From: Toensbergia leucococca | Lineage: Eukaryota | Direction: 5' to 3' | DNA length: 57,489 bases | NCBI GenBank assembly: GCA_022813965.1 | Contig: JALDZS010000004.1 | Coordinates: 248,001-305,489, forward strand | In this document: piece by piece, positions 26,806 through 38,811 of the stretch | How the letters are laid out: each line of letters starts with the position of its first letter | Numbering within the stretch: position 1 is the stretch's first letter | The notes under the pieces: generated by a model | Told to the model about the DNA's origin: nothing | The model's database searches: none | What the model saw: only the letters and a program-made list of their open reading frames with translations | Program-made: the position numbers and the translations under genes

Positions 26806-27493
26806 GACGGAAAGTTTCAAGACTTCCTAGAGACTAGAAGCAGCGAGCAGGAGTGAAGAGAATATGAGGAAGTCAACTGTCTGAGAAGAAATGGACTTTA
26901 TGTTGACGGGTTGAAGTTGCCTTCTCCCAAGAGAAGAAGAAGAAGTCTGAAGGGCAAAATCGTGAATTTCAATGTGGGGCGACGTGACGAAGCTAGCCAC
27001 TATGAGCATAGGGCTGACCCCACCAACAGCTTCAGTGTACAGACACGTGACAGAGTACGGTACTCGTACTCGTACCAGAGCTCGGGGGTGCTTCAAACCA
27101 ACAGACACACTCGAGAACTAGCCCGTGAAACCTATCAAAGGGCTGCGTGAACTACGCTCAGTCTTTCAATGCAGAGTGAGAATGGATTCTGTGCCGATCG
27201 TGGATTTCCAACATTTCCATTTGCGGATATCAATCTCTTCACAAATGTTCTATGAGATACGCTTGTTACTCGGAGAGTTTCTTGGTGGCAGCACTTTAAC
27301 AAGGCTCAAAGTCTGCATCTCGGAAGTAAAACACCTAGAAAAAAAGCGTGTCTCTTGTTAAGTTTGAGAGATGGAATATGTTGCCGAAGCTCTCGCATCG
27401 GTTAGTTTGATTGGTGGATGAAAGTGAAAGTGTTTTAACCTTAATTCTACGTCAACATCATGACTAACCAAAAGTGGTCTAGCGAAGATAAAT

Positions 27494-27503
27494 GTAAACA
27501 AAA
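27494..27503 (+). promoter_or_regulatory. Forkhead-type binding site upstream of IQGAP
   Basis: GTAAACAAAA matches the Fkh/Sep1 consensus; a CArG-like CCAAAAGTGG lies at 27468-27477. Confidence 0.45.
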
Positions 27504-27821
27504 CATCTTCATGTTTTGTTGCGCCGCAATCAAGTAAGCCCCGCCGTCAGAACCTCCAGCCTAAGGAGCACCATTACTAGTCTGTTCGTCAACTGCTGCT
27601 ACTCGACTGCGACTTGGTGTGATCGGAAGGCTATCGGAGAGCTCGAGTGCGACGCGACATGAGGCGACCATAGACTGACTGCAGCTTTACCCATTGCAGG
27701 TTTTATGCATTGCCACTCTTGGTGACCAAGTCTCACCAATGTTCATGTCACTTGAATTGTTCTGCATGAGGAATTTAACACCTGAATGCTCTGACACCTC
27801 TCGATATCTATCATTGGCGTG

Positions 27822-30800
27822 ATGTCGTATCACCACCCACTACGCCAGCCGTATACTGCAGACTATTCTCCACCGAGATCCAGTCTTCTGCGCCACCCCT
27901 CAAACGCATCAACAAATTCATCAGTATATTCAAGCTCCTCTAATCCGTTTCTCCCAAGCCGGACCAGTACAGTATCTTCCGCCGCTTCGAGTGGCTACCA
28001 AAATTTTGGAGCAGGACACAAGCGTGGGATTAGCGAAGCATCGGCAATGGGGCCTTCAACCGCTTCAGAAGGTACCAGCCATAGGAACGAAAGAACCATA
28101 AGCGGCGGATACAAGAGTGCAAGGCAGTCTTTAAGGCCACTGCCACAAGCCCCTAGCGAGACACCTCCGTCAGCGCATTCTATTCCATATTCCGCCCAAT
28201 ATCGCCATCAGAGTGTCGACGATATCTCAAAATACAACAATGGCGATGGGACAACACTCTCCACTTCATTGATCGCACCGCAGCCGAGTCGCCCACACTC
28301 TAGCGCCTTGAGCCGCGCTGACTCCATAACTCCCATGTCTTCAATATCCCGTCAATCGGAAAGACATCATGAGCACTCGAATTCCCATGCATCAATGTTG
28401 TCCTCACCAGACTTGACAAAACTTAAGAATTCATCAACAAGCCATCTGAGAACCCTCTCAAAGTTCGCGCAAAGTGACACGAGCGAAGATTTCTCAATTT
28501 CCTCGCCAGCTCCTTCCGTTGTAGGCCTCAAGGGTCGAAGACAGTTAAAGCGAACAGATTCCACTAGAGGCAGTAAAGGGACGTTAGGGCAAAGCACTGG
28601 TAGAGAATATGGCTGGGCCGAACGGAATTGGATGGACAAGCAACGCCAATTCCTGCAAGCGTACGAATATCTCTGTCATATTGGTGAAGCAAAGGAATGG
28701 ATCGAAGACATCATACGAAAACCCATACCACCAATCGTGCAGCTAGAGGAGGCTTTACGAGATGGAGTTACTCTTGCAGAAGTTGTACAAGCATTGTATC
28801 CGAACCAACCCATGCGAATTTTCCGCCATGCAAGACTGCAATTCCGACATTCAGATAATATTGCGGTATTCTTTCGGTTTCTAGCCGATGTTGAGCTTCC
28901 TGAATTATTTCGATTTGAATTGATCGACCTCTACGAAAAGAAAAATATTCCAAAAGTCATCTACTGTATTCATGCGTTATCCTGGCTCTTATATAGAAAA
29001 GGCCTAGTAGACTTTCGAATCGGGAATCTAGTCGGCCAGCTGGAGTTCGAACACCATGAGCTGGAAGAAATGCAGAAAGGCTTAGATAGGGCTGGGATAA
29101 GTATGCCTAGCTTTTCCGGTATGGGGGCGAGTTTTGGGGCAGAACCGGAGCCGGAGCCTATCGAATTAGAAGAAGACAGAATAGAACGAGAACTTCGGCA
29201 GCATGAAGATGTGGTCTGCGACCTACAAGCCCAGGTTCGAGGTGCTTTGGTTCGCATGCGGCTTGGGTGGCAAATGCAAGCTTTGTGGGACTCTGAAGAG
29301 ATGCTTGTTGACCTTCAATCAAGGATACGTGGCGACTGGGCTCGGCAAATTGCTCATTACAGGCTAAGTATGAATCACTTCGCGGTTAATCTACAGAGCG
29401 CAGTACGAGGCCACTTACTGCGGAGGAGACAACGAGGTAAGGAAGCTTGGTGGAAAAGTAGGGAGAATGAGGTAATTGTCCTTCAGAGTTTGATGAGAGC
29501 AAAGGTATCGAGAGGAGAAGTACAAATCCTGAAGCTCCGTACAAGACGGGAAGAATCCGGTATTCGACATCTACAAGCTGCAATCCGTGGTGCCTTCCAT
29601 CGCAAGCATGTCTACGAGCAATACGAAGAAACAAAGAATGCTGAAGCCGGTGTAAAGGAGTTACAAGCTGCGTTGCGTGGAATGATTTTGCGTAGAAAAT
29701 TACTGGACGAGAAATACCTACTTCGCCAATCAGAGGGCAAGATCACAAATTTGCAAGCAGCTGCTAGGGGAATCTTGACAAGGAGGAACGTGACCCGCCG
29801 AACAGATGCCCTAGAGAACATGAATGGGTTGTGGCAGGCCCTACAAGCAATTTCACGAGGAGTGCTTCTTCGGAGAGCGCTCTCAACCACTAAGAGCCGA
29901 CTTTCAACGCATCAGAAAGAATATGTTGTTATTCAAGCAGCCGCACGTGGGAGATCCGTACGAGACATGGTACACAACATCAAATCTTCACTTGCGCGAG
30001 TCGAAGGGCAAGTCCTGGCATTCCAGTCCCAGTCTCGTGGGTATATATTACGGAGAAGACACATTGCCACTCTTCAAGCATTACAGAGCAGTGTTTCGCA
30101 AGTCATAACTCTACAAGCTTGTGCTCGAAGTTGCTTACTTAGACATCGCCAATATCAGCTGCATGGCGAATTGTTCTCGAATGAGTCGGAAGCCATTCAT
30201 TTACAGGCCTTGTCCCGTGCGATGCTAATAAGGACTGATATTGGAGCGCTTCTAGCTGCACTAGATGATGAGGAACCCGTTGTCGTTGCGCTACAAGCCG
30301 CTGCTCGAGGCCAACTCGTAAGGGAGAAGTTCTCAGAAAAGAAGCGTTTTTACAAGGCCAACATGGAAAAAGTCGTCAAAGTGCAAAGCTTCATACGTGG
30401 GAAATTGCAGGGTGAGGCTTACAAAAGTCTGACCAGCGGGAAAAATCCGCCAGTCGGCACTGTAAAGGGGTTCGTACATCTGTTGAACGACAGTGACTTT
30501 GACTTCGACGAGGAAATCGAGTTTGAGAGACTTAGAAAAACAGTTGTCCAGCATGTTCGACAAAACGAAATGGCGGATCAGTATATTACGCAATTGGACA
30601 TCAAGATCGCCCTCCTCGTGAAAAATAAGATCACGTTAGATGAAGTCGTAAAGCACCAAAAGCACTTTGGAGGAAGCGTTGGCAATTTGCTCACAAACAC
30701 GGAGATCTCCTCAAAGGATCCTTTCGATCTCAAAGCTCTAAATAAAAATTCGAGAAGAAAGTTGGAGCACTATCAAGAGCTCTTCTTCGTACTACAGACC

Positions 30801-32957
30801 CAACCTCAGTACCTAGCCCGCCTATCCAGGAAAGTTAGGGAGAAAGCTACTGCCGAAAAGGAATGTGATCGAATCAAGCACCTCCTAATGGGTCTCTTTG
30901 GCTATGCTCAAAAGCGGAGGGAAGAGTATTATCTAATCAAACTGATCACAAGGTCTATCAAAGAGGAGATTGACAACTGTTCGTCCATACAAGATTACCT
31001 AAGGGGCAATTTCTTCTGGGCGAAGCTCTTCAGCGCTTACGTCAAGTCTCCACGAGATCGCAAATATATGCGTGACATTCTAGCGCCAATTGTGAAGGAC
31101 AATGTCATCGACAATCCAGGGCTCGACCTTGAAAGCGATCCAATGCAAATATACTTATCCGTAATCGAGGACGAGCAATTACGCACGGGTCAGAGGAGTC
31201 ATCGGAGACCAGATATACCGCGCGAAGAAGCTATCAGAGACGAGGAGACCAAGCGAACTTTCATAGCTCATCTTCAAGATCTTCGTGACATTGCTGACCA
31301 GTTCTTTGCTGCACTTGAGGATCACCTACACAAAATGCCATATGGAGTTCGATACATCGCACAGCAGATGTTTCAAGCTCTTACATCCAGATTTCAGCAT
31401 GATGAGCAAGGCCATATACTGCAGATAATTGGACACTGGCTATGGAAGAGCTACCTACAACCTGCTTTGACCGAGCCAGAGAAGTTTGGTGTGATAGATC
31501 GAGGCTTATCGCAGGACCACAAAAGGAATCTGAATGAGATTGCAAAAGTAATTGGCCAAATCGCGGCCGGAAGGTTATTCGGACATGAGAATGTCTTTTT
31601 GCAGCCGCTCAATAGCTATGTCGGCGAATCGATTGCGCGTTTGGCTGAGATCTGGGGCAATCGTGAGTGATATACTCCCAGGCAGGAGGTGTGGAAAACA
31701 AACTAATCATCGCATGTATAGTCATCGCTGTTCCAGACGCCGAAATGCAATTCGACATTGATGAGTTCAATGATCTCTATGCACGCACAAAGCCTACGCT
31801 ATACATCAAGATGGCCGACATATTCTCAATACACCATCTAGTTGCTGCAGATACTGCCTACATCTGCCCTAGCCAAGATGACATGCTGCGGGAAGTCATC
31901 CGTGAGCTTGGAAGTGCCAAGAGCAATGAGAGCGAGCTCATGAACGTTAGCACCTCCGAGATCTGCCTCACCCTAAATCCAAAGCTGCATGACATTGAAG
32001 GTATGTTCTATACTATCCGCTAGCTGTGTTGACAACAAACCTAACCTGGATTCAATAGATCCGGACGCCGAAGTTAAAGCCCTTTTCATGGAGACCAAGC
32101 GCTGCATCCTCTATATCATCCGCGTCCAATCCGGCTCCAATCTCATGGAAATCATGGTCAAACCCATCACCATGGACGACGAATCAAGATGGGATGCCCT
32201 CGTGCACGACGAGCTCTCGGCCGGCAGCCGCAAACGCGGCGCCTACTCGGAAATCACCCATCTCCTCGACATCGCATCAATGACCTACGCCGAACTCAAA
32301 CGTACCGCCCTCGAAAACATTCTCCGTCTTGAGCAAGCCGCCCGTCTCACCCGCCACAACCACTACCAAGACCTCCTCAACGCCATCGCAGTCGACATCC
32401 GCACCAAACACCGCCGGCGCATCCAACGCCAGCGCGAACTCGAGGGCGTCCGCCTCACCCTCGCCCGCCTCACTGACCAAGCCGTCTACCTCGACCAGCA
32501 ACTCAAAACCTATAACGACTACATCGAACAAGCCATGGTGACGCTACAGAACAAAAAAGGCAAAAAACGCTTCCTCATGCCCTTCACCAAGCAATGGGAC
32601 CACGAGCGTGAACTCGTCCGCTCCGGCCGCGTCCCCAAATTCGGCTCCTTCAAGTACTCGGCCCAGGAATTGGCCAACCGCGGCGTGCTCGTATCATGGC
32701 AAGGTTACAACGAGCGCCAATGGCATCAGATCGACCTCACTATTTCCAGCAACGAGGTGGGGGTCTTTGCCATTGAGGGCAGTAATGGTCCGATTGCCAT
32801 GCCCGGCGCAAGCGCGCAGGTGCCGTTGGATGATTTGCTGCAGGCGCAATTCAACGGCACGCAATTCTTGGAGTTCTTTGGCGGAGTGTTGCGGGTGAGT
32901 GTGAATTTGTTTTTGCATTTAATTATGAGGAAGTTTTATAAGGATCGGGATTCTTGA
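27822..32957 (+). CDS. sepG/IQG1: IQGAP-family cytokinesis scaffold (CH, IQ repeats, RasGAP-like, RasGAP_C), 3 coding exons
   Basis: QAYEYLCHIGEAKEWIE (CH domain), many LQxxxRG IQ motifs, GRD region, C-terminal FGSFKYSAQEL...DDLLQAQF. Introns 31663-31721 and 32001-32058. Confidence 0.96.
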
Positions 32958-34299
32958 TGTGGTGTGGTCAGGGTGGAGGAGGGAGGGAGGATGGATGAAG
33001 AGTGTGTTTGTTGGATTTTTGTTTTTTGTTTTTGTTTTTTTGATTTGGTTTGTGGGTGTGAGAGATGGATGTGCTTGCATTGGAAAAGGGGTGTATTGGG
33101 CGTTTTTTTTTTTTTTGTACGGGGGCGAGGAGGGAGGGGCGGAGATTGTGCTTCTTGCATCTTTGGTGGAGTAGGTGTGAGGGGGGGACTGTGGAAATGG
33201 GTATGTTTGTTCCTTGTGGAAATTGACTGGGCTACTGAGTGGCAACTCTACTTTGTCTTGTCTGGCCTTTACTTGATAGGGGGGCGGCGATGGAATTACA
33301 TTGCACATACCACTTTTTTTTCTGGCTTCTTGTTCTTTTGTTTTTTTTCTTCTTGTTGATGCGTTTGGCATAGGTATAGAATTGGCCGTTTTGGTGAATC
33401 GAGTTTGAATTGCATTGGTTTGCATTGTGTTTGCATATGTGCGTTGAGAATCTTTGATACCGGTATGTGACTTTTTAGGGGGGGTGGAATGGTGTTTGTG
33501 GTGGGGAAAGGGAGGGGGGGCTTGGGTTTGAGGGGGTTTGATATTTTTTGGGGAAGAGAGGAACGGGGTGGAGTTGAGTATAGGCAAATCAAGTATTGAA
33601 GATATCTCGGTACAATTTGTCTTGATAAAGCTCTGTTATTTACAATAGTTCTTGGGAGGAAGCCTGGCTAGAAACGTTGCAGTTTTCAAGAGCGTAAAAC
33701 GCGGTGTTTGGGTTCGATGGGTTATCAGCGGAGAAGGAGCATGCCAGTGTAGACAACAAATAATTCGACGTTTAGAAGGAACGAAGGGTTGGACTTGGGG
33801 CCAAGGGAGGATACTCTGAGTCTGTTGGAGCAGTGTGCACTGACTGCTATGGGGAAAGGTGCGTTCGTGCAAGTGAATGGAGAGTTCGTTGTAGAGAGCG
33901 CGGGTATGCATGATTTTGATATGACCTGCCTGCCCATTGCGGTGGTCGTGTTGTTGAGTGATTGCGCTATGAAGTCTCGTCCTCTGCATCAACAATCTCT
34001 GCTGCTTAACTGAATTGGCTCTGAATTCTTGGTGGACCGTCTGTAAGACATATCCAGACGGCGGTGAGCTGTTTGTATCAATCGTCCGCTGCGTTACTTC
34101 ATTTGAAAGCTTCGCAGGCTGAGCATATTAGAGGTAATCCTCCCAACGATCGTTGGCGAGTCGCAGATGCTCAATCCCGTAAGTTCGGCCTGCAGTCGCC
34201 CATCTGGTGTAATACTGGCTTGTGGATGGTAAAGTGGTCCAGTCAGAGGTTTGATGTCGACAAGACGCTGGGGCCAAGCCTTCTCTGACAATTTGATGC

Positions 34300-36514
34300 T
34301 CAGAGGTGTTGAATGAGCGTGCTGAGCATATCTTTCAGCACAAAATCCTCATCTTCAGCACTCGCGTTCATGCTGTCCAGTTGCTCTTAACGGCGCATTA
34401 GCTAAACCTGTGCAGATATTTGCCACGTCACCAACCTTGTAAAGTAGCCTTGATAATCTGCAGTGTTTCGTCTCGATCAGCCAGTAGCATCTCTATCTTC
34501 CGCCTTGCACCATCATCCTCGGCGACTAGCCATGCTGAAATCACATCGACAGTCTGCGAATATGTCAATAACTACCAAGCAATCCAAGATACGGACTTTG
34601 GCAAACCTGCAGCGAGAACAGCCCCGCGTCGAATCTTCTTGATAGCCATTCATCTGTCATATTCTCCCGTTCGGCAGCGGTGAGCGCAGCTCGGTCAAGG
34701 ATGATTTGCTCGTCTACAGCTGACGCTTTTGTAGCGTAATCTCGTCGTATCTGGACCAATCTCCCAATTTTCTCGTAGTCCTTCTCGACGAATTTGGCCA
34801 AGAGTCTGATCCTAGCTGCGGATTCTCCGGGTAACGAGCGCAGCATCGATGCCAATATCCCTAGAAGATGCTCCGTTGTTTGATTATCATGCTATCAAAA
34901 ATCAGCCACGATTCTTGGTATTAGACATGCTAGCCAAACCTTCTTCATGAACATTGTAAAAGTCACTTTCAATCCTGCGGCTTCAACAAGCTTCTCACAA
35001 CAGGCCGATCCGTCTGGGCCTCCAAGCGAGTGATCTAGTAAGCGTAATGCCCGCGGCCTACTCATCTTGCCTTCCCTCAGCATGATCAAACATAATTCCA
35101 CGCCCTCGGCTTCCAAGAACTTTGCTTTGCCTTCTCTGTCGTCCACACTGCAGGTGACGCAATCGAAGATATTCTCGACGAATTCTTCTTCTTCGGTACC
35201 TTTTGCTGGATCACGTTTTCGGTAGGGGCTTAGCAATTGCAATAGCAAATCTACGCCATTGAGCTCGACGAAGCGACTTCTGTTGATGGGTGAGGATTGT
35301 AGTAAGATAGCAAGAACCTCTGCAGAATATTGCTTGTTTTGGCCAACAGTAGCCTCAGATCTCTGAATCCGAGATATCAACCATGGCAAGACCGATGATT
35401 CTTTACCAATGAGCTCCGCAATAGAAGGTCGTGACGACAGATTTTCCAAGACACCTAACAAAGGTCAGCAGAATCGGAGAAGTACATCAGGATCTAGCCC
35501 ACTAAGAACATGGTAAACACCAGCCATGTCAGATTCGTTGTCTTCGTTAAATCGTAACATGTTCTCAGAAAGAAGGCTCAGTAGATCTGCGTTAAGCTAT
35601 TACTTATTAGATCAATGTCAATACCCATTGATTAATCCAAAGGCTTACCATTGCATCCACTAGAATGTCCCATTGCGCTTGCTCTGCCTCAACGTCTTCA
35701 TCGGTGAGCTCACTAATGATCTCAATTGCGCCGATGGCTATGTCAGTGTTATCGTGAGAAAGTAGTGAGACAAGAGACGAGACACAGCCCAATTCGGCAA
35801 ATTCCTCGTAAAGACTAGGGTGCTCGGAGAGTATTGACAAGGCCTTGATATCTGCGTCTAAATCTGCTTCTGAGCCCATGAACCTACAGTGACAGGTCAG
35901 ATTGATAGCATGTTTATTCAAAGATAGCCTACACGTACTTCTGCGGTTGATCCTCGAACTTTGCCCTCAACTCGGCATTTTTTGATATCCTCTTTTCAAA
36001 ATTCAAAGCGATCTTCCGTACCCAAGCTGCATCGATTTTCTCGGATTTCTGGCAAATTGAGATCAGCCTTGACCTAAGACCACCAATATCTCTCTTTCTT
36101 TACCCTTATACCATCCTTCTCCTGCTCATCAATGAAATCTAGGACTTCTGCAGTGTCATTGGTGATACCACCTCCAAAAAAGCGTCCGTCCTCATCGTCC
36201 AGTACCTCGTCTTCCCTCTTCATATCTGGTGGCAACTCTGGGCCTGCGAGTCTATCGTCGTCCTCTTGGTCCTCCACAGTGGCCTGACCTTTCTCTTTAA
36301 CATCTCCATTCGTACTTAACCTAACCGATTTGTAAGTCTTGTCTGCTACAAGTCAGAGACGTTAAGCCTCAAGGTAAAGGGCCCATACTCGGATCTCGGA
36401 GAACTTCTAATTTACGTTTGTTGCTCGGTAGTGAGGGTTTCTACACTTGTTAGAAGCGACATGAAACCAGTCTTCGGAGTGGATCACCTTGAAAAGATCA
36501 TCAAGACTCGCCAT
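34300..36514 (-). CDS. CTNNBL1: Beta-catenin-like protein 1 (CTNNBL1/DUF1716), multi-exon spliceosome-associated ARM protein
   Basis: MASLDDLFK start; DDEDGRFFGGG; LNFEKRISKNAELRAKFEDQPQK|FMGSEADLDADIK; LLSHDNTDIA; NKQYSAEVLAILLQ; KFLEAEGVELCLIM; KFVEKDYEKI; DAGLFSLQ. Last exon ends ...LSTLIQHL* at 34300. Confidence 0.93.
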
Positions 36515-36730
36515 ATCTTTTATTGCGGGAGATGTGCTCGAAGAGATTGGCGATGAGACTACGTGCATTCCTCAATAAAAAAAAGTAGTCAGAGTATCCG
36601 TAGGTTTAGGATCATTGCGGTAGTGATTGGTGAAGACTAGCAAATAAAAGTAGGATTTATGGAACGCGCTTCGCGTCACCCAAATTAACGACTCCATTGT
36701 GCACTTTCTCACCACTATAAATTTATCATC

Positions 36731-38676
36731 ATGTCTCTCCAGTCCAACAACATGAAGTCCGGTGAGTTGCAAAAGCGTGGACAAAAGTTTTATCGTCATA
36801 AGGAGTACCGTGCTGCTCTCGAATGTTTCAACGCTGTAAGTCTCCCGTCGACCTTAGAAATATGTCGCTCATTATCAAAGGTTATTTCTCAGGAAGACCA
36901 ACACCTGCTTGTCACTCTCGACAATCGAGCCGCTACGCTCACCAAGCTCGGTGACCTACAGGCTGCTCTTAAAGATGCAAGACTCATGATTAAGAAAGAC
37001 AAGACCAACCACACAGTACATCTACCACATCTATACCTATGAAAATGGGGGCTCATCAGAACCAGGGTTACCTTCGGACAGGAAAGATTTTGCAGATGCT
37101 AGACAAAGATGATGTAGCCTTGGGAATCTACAAGTACGGGCTCGATAACGTACCACCTGATGATCCTAACATAGAGGCATGTCCGAATCCTTGTATGAGA
37201 GATGAAACGCTAATTATATGACAGCTTCTTCGCGCCATGTGCACTAAGCTAATGAGTCGTTGTCATGCTACCAAACTAGTGGATCCGTTAACAGTCTTAC
37301 CCTTGGAACTTGTCGAGATGGTATTTGGGCAGTTGCGCTTTACAAACATTGTGTGAGGCCGATTCATGATCCAATCTGACTGATGGAGTCTGACGGCTTC
37401 TCAGGAACCTGCTAAGTGTTTCTTGGCGATGGAACAACTTCCTCAAGTCCATACCTTCTCTCTGGAGGATTCTGGATCTTTCTGCCACGGGAAGAGTAGT
37501 ACGCAAAGAGGCCATTGACTCATATATCAAGTGTTCTAGAGGAGCTGTTACCAAGGTCACGTACTTTTGGTCTTCAAGTAACCGACCTAAATACGCTGCG
37601 AGCTTGAAATATATCACATCGCACTGCAAAGACTTGCAACATTTAGAGATACCCCGTGGTTTCGTTTGCGCCTCGCTTCGTGAAGCAGCTACTCTCGCTA
37701 CGAATTTAAAGACTCTGATAGTCTCAGCTGAATGCGACATTCCTCTGGACACTGTGAATCAGGTGGTTGTTTTGTGTCGCAGCTTGGAACGAGCAGAATT
37801 TCACAGCATTTTAGCTAAAAAAGAAGGAGATCCTGTTTGCTGGCCGGGTCTTCCATCTAAAATCGCCTCGATGACCTTAGTTGGAAGCGCGAATGTTAGT
37901 AAGAAAAGAAGTATAAGAACACTTGGCCTGGTTGGTCTCATTCTACGTCTTGTTAGATCTGAAAGATGCTGACTGGTCAGGACTCCCTTTTCGAATTGAT
38001 CCCAAATGTTCGTAAACTGGATATTAGACGTTGGGAAGTTCGACCTGGTTCTTTTGATTTTGACTTTACTCCGTTGGCCCAGCTCCAGGACCTCCACATT
38101 GCCAGACTGGACTTAACAATTCACCCTAGGCTACCACCATCACTACAAAGTCTGAACATGGTTGGTTGCTGCATGGTTAACTGGGCGGCTCCTGCGACCC
38201 AAGCCAACATGAAGGAATGCCCTCTTCCAGAACTGACTACCCTGTCATTTGGAAAGAGATACAATATCCGGGTAGATGAGCTATACCTCATACTAGATGC
38301 CAACCTGGGTAATCTCAAGCACTTAGATATCAGAGCATGTGCGCTTTCTGCACAGGACATAAACAAGCTCATTGAATTCGGCTACCTAAGTGACATTGTC
38401 GATTTAGAGCTACCTGAGGCTGTCGATGATGGTATTGCAAAGGCTTTGGCCAAGAACCTGCACTTTCTCAAGACGCTGACCATTGGAGCTTCGAGAAAGA
38501 TCACGGGCGTCGGGGTCAAAGCCTTGGTCATGAAGTCTCATAGCAAGCTGGAGTATCTCAACATTGATCACTGCATGTCAGTGGGCATAGATGCCGTCGA
38601 CTTCGCACGATCGCAAGGAATCACCGTTCGATTTGCCTTTCCGGATAGAACAGGTAAAAGAGTATGGACGGCTTGA
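36731..38676 (+). CDS. TPR + F-box + LRR protein (Pof3/Dia2-like), multi-exon
   Basis: TPR (GQKFYRHKEYRAALECF, LDNRAAT..KLGDLQAALKDA, GYLRTGKILQ), F-box (DPLTVLPLELVEMVF...LLSVSWRW), LRR end (KITGVGVKALV...CMSVGIDAVDFARSQGI). One intron is GC-AG (37177-37224). Confidence 0.88.
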
Positions 38677-38811
38677 CCCAGTAACTAAAGTATCACACCA
38701 AGTGGGGTTTTGTTTGGTCAAGATGATGTGTTGGATTTACCAAACAACTCTCCATCATGCCTATGAGAACCATGCGACTTCCAATTCTCTACTGAGAAGT
38801 GATTATCTTAC

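Noticed and set aside
32919..33592. Several 70-220 aa ORFs after IQGAP
   Set aside because: They arise from stop-poor homopolymeric 3' flank DNA and have no protein-like features.
33636..34291. Short ORFs between IQGAP and CTNNBL1 as a possible small gene or relic
   Set aside because: No ATG-anchored gene model, consistent splice structure or recognisable motif.
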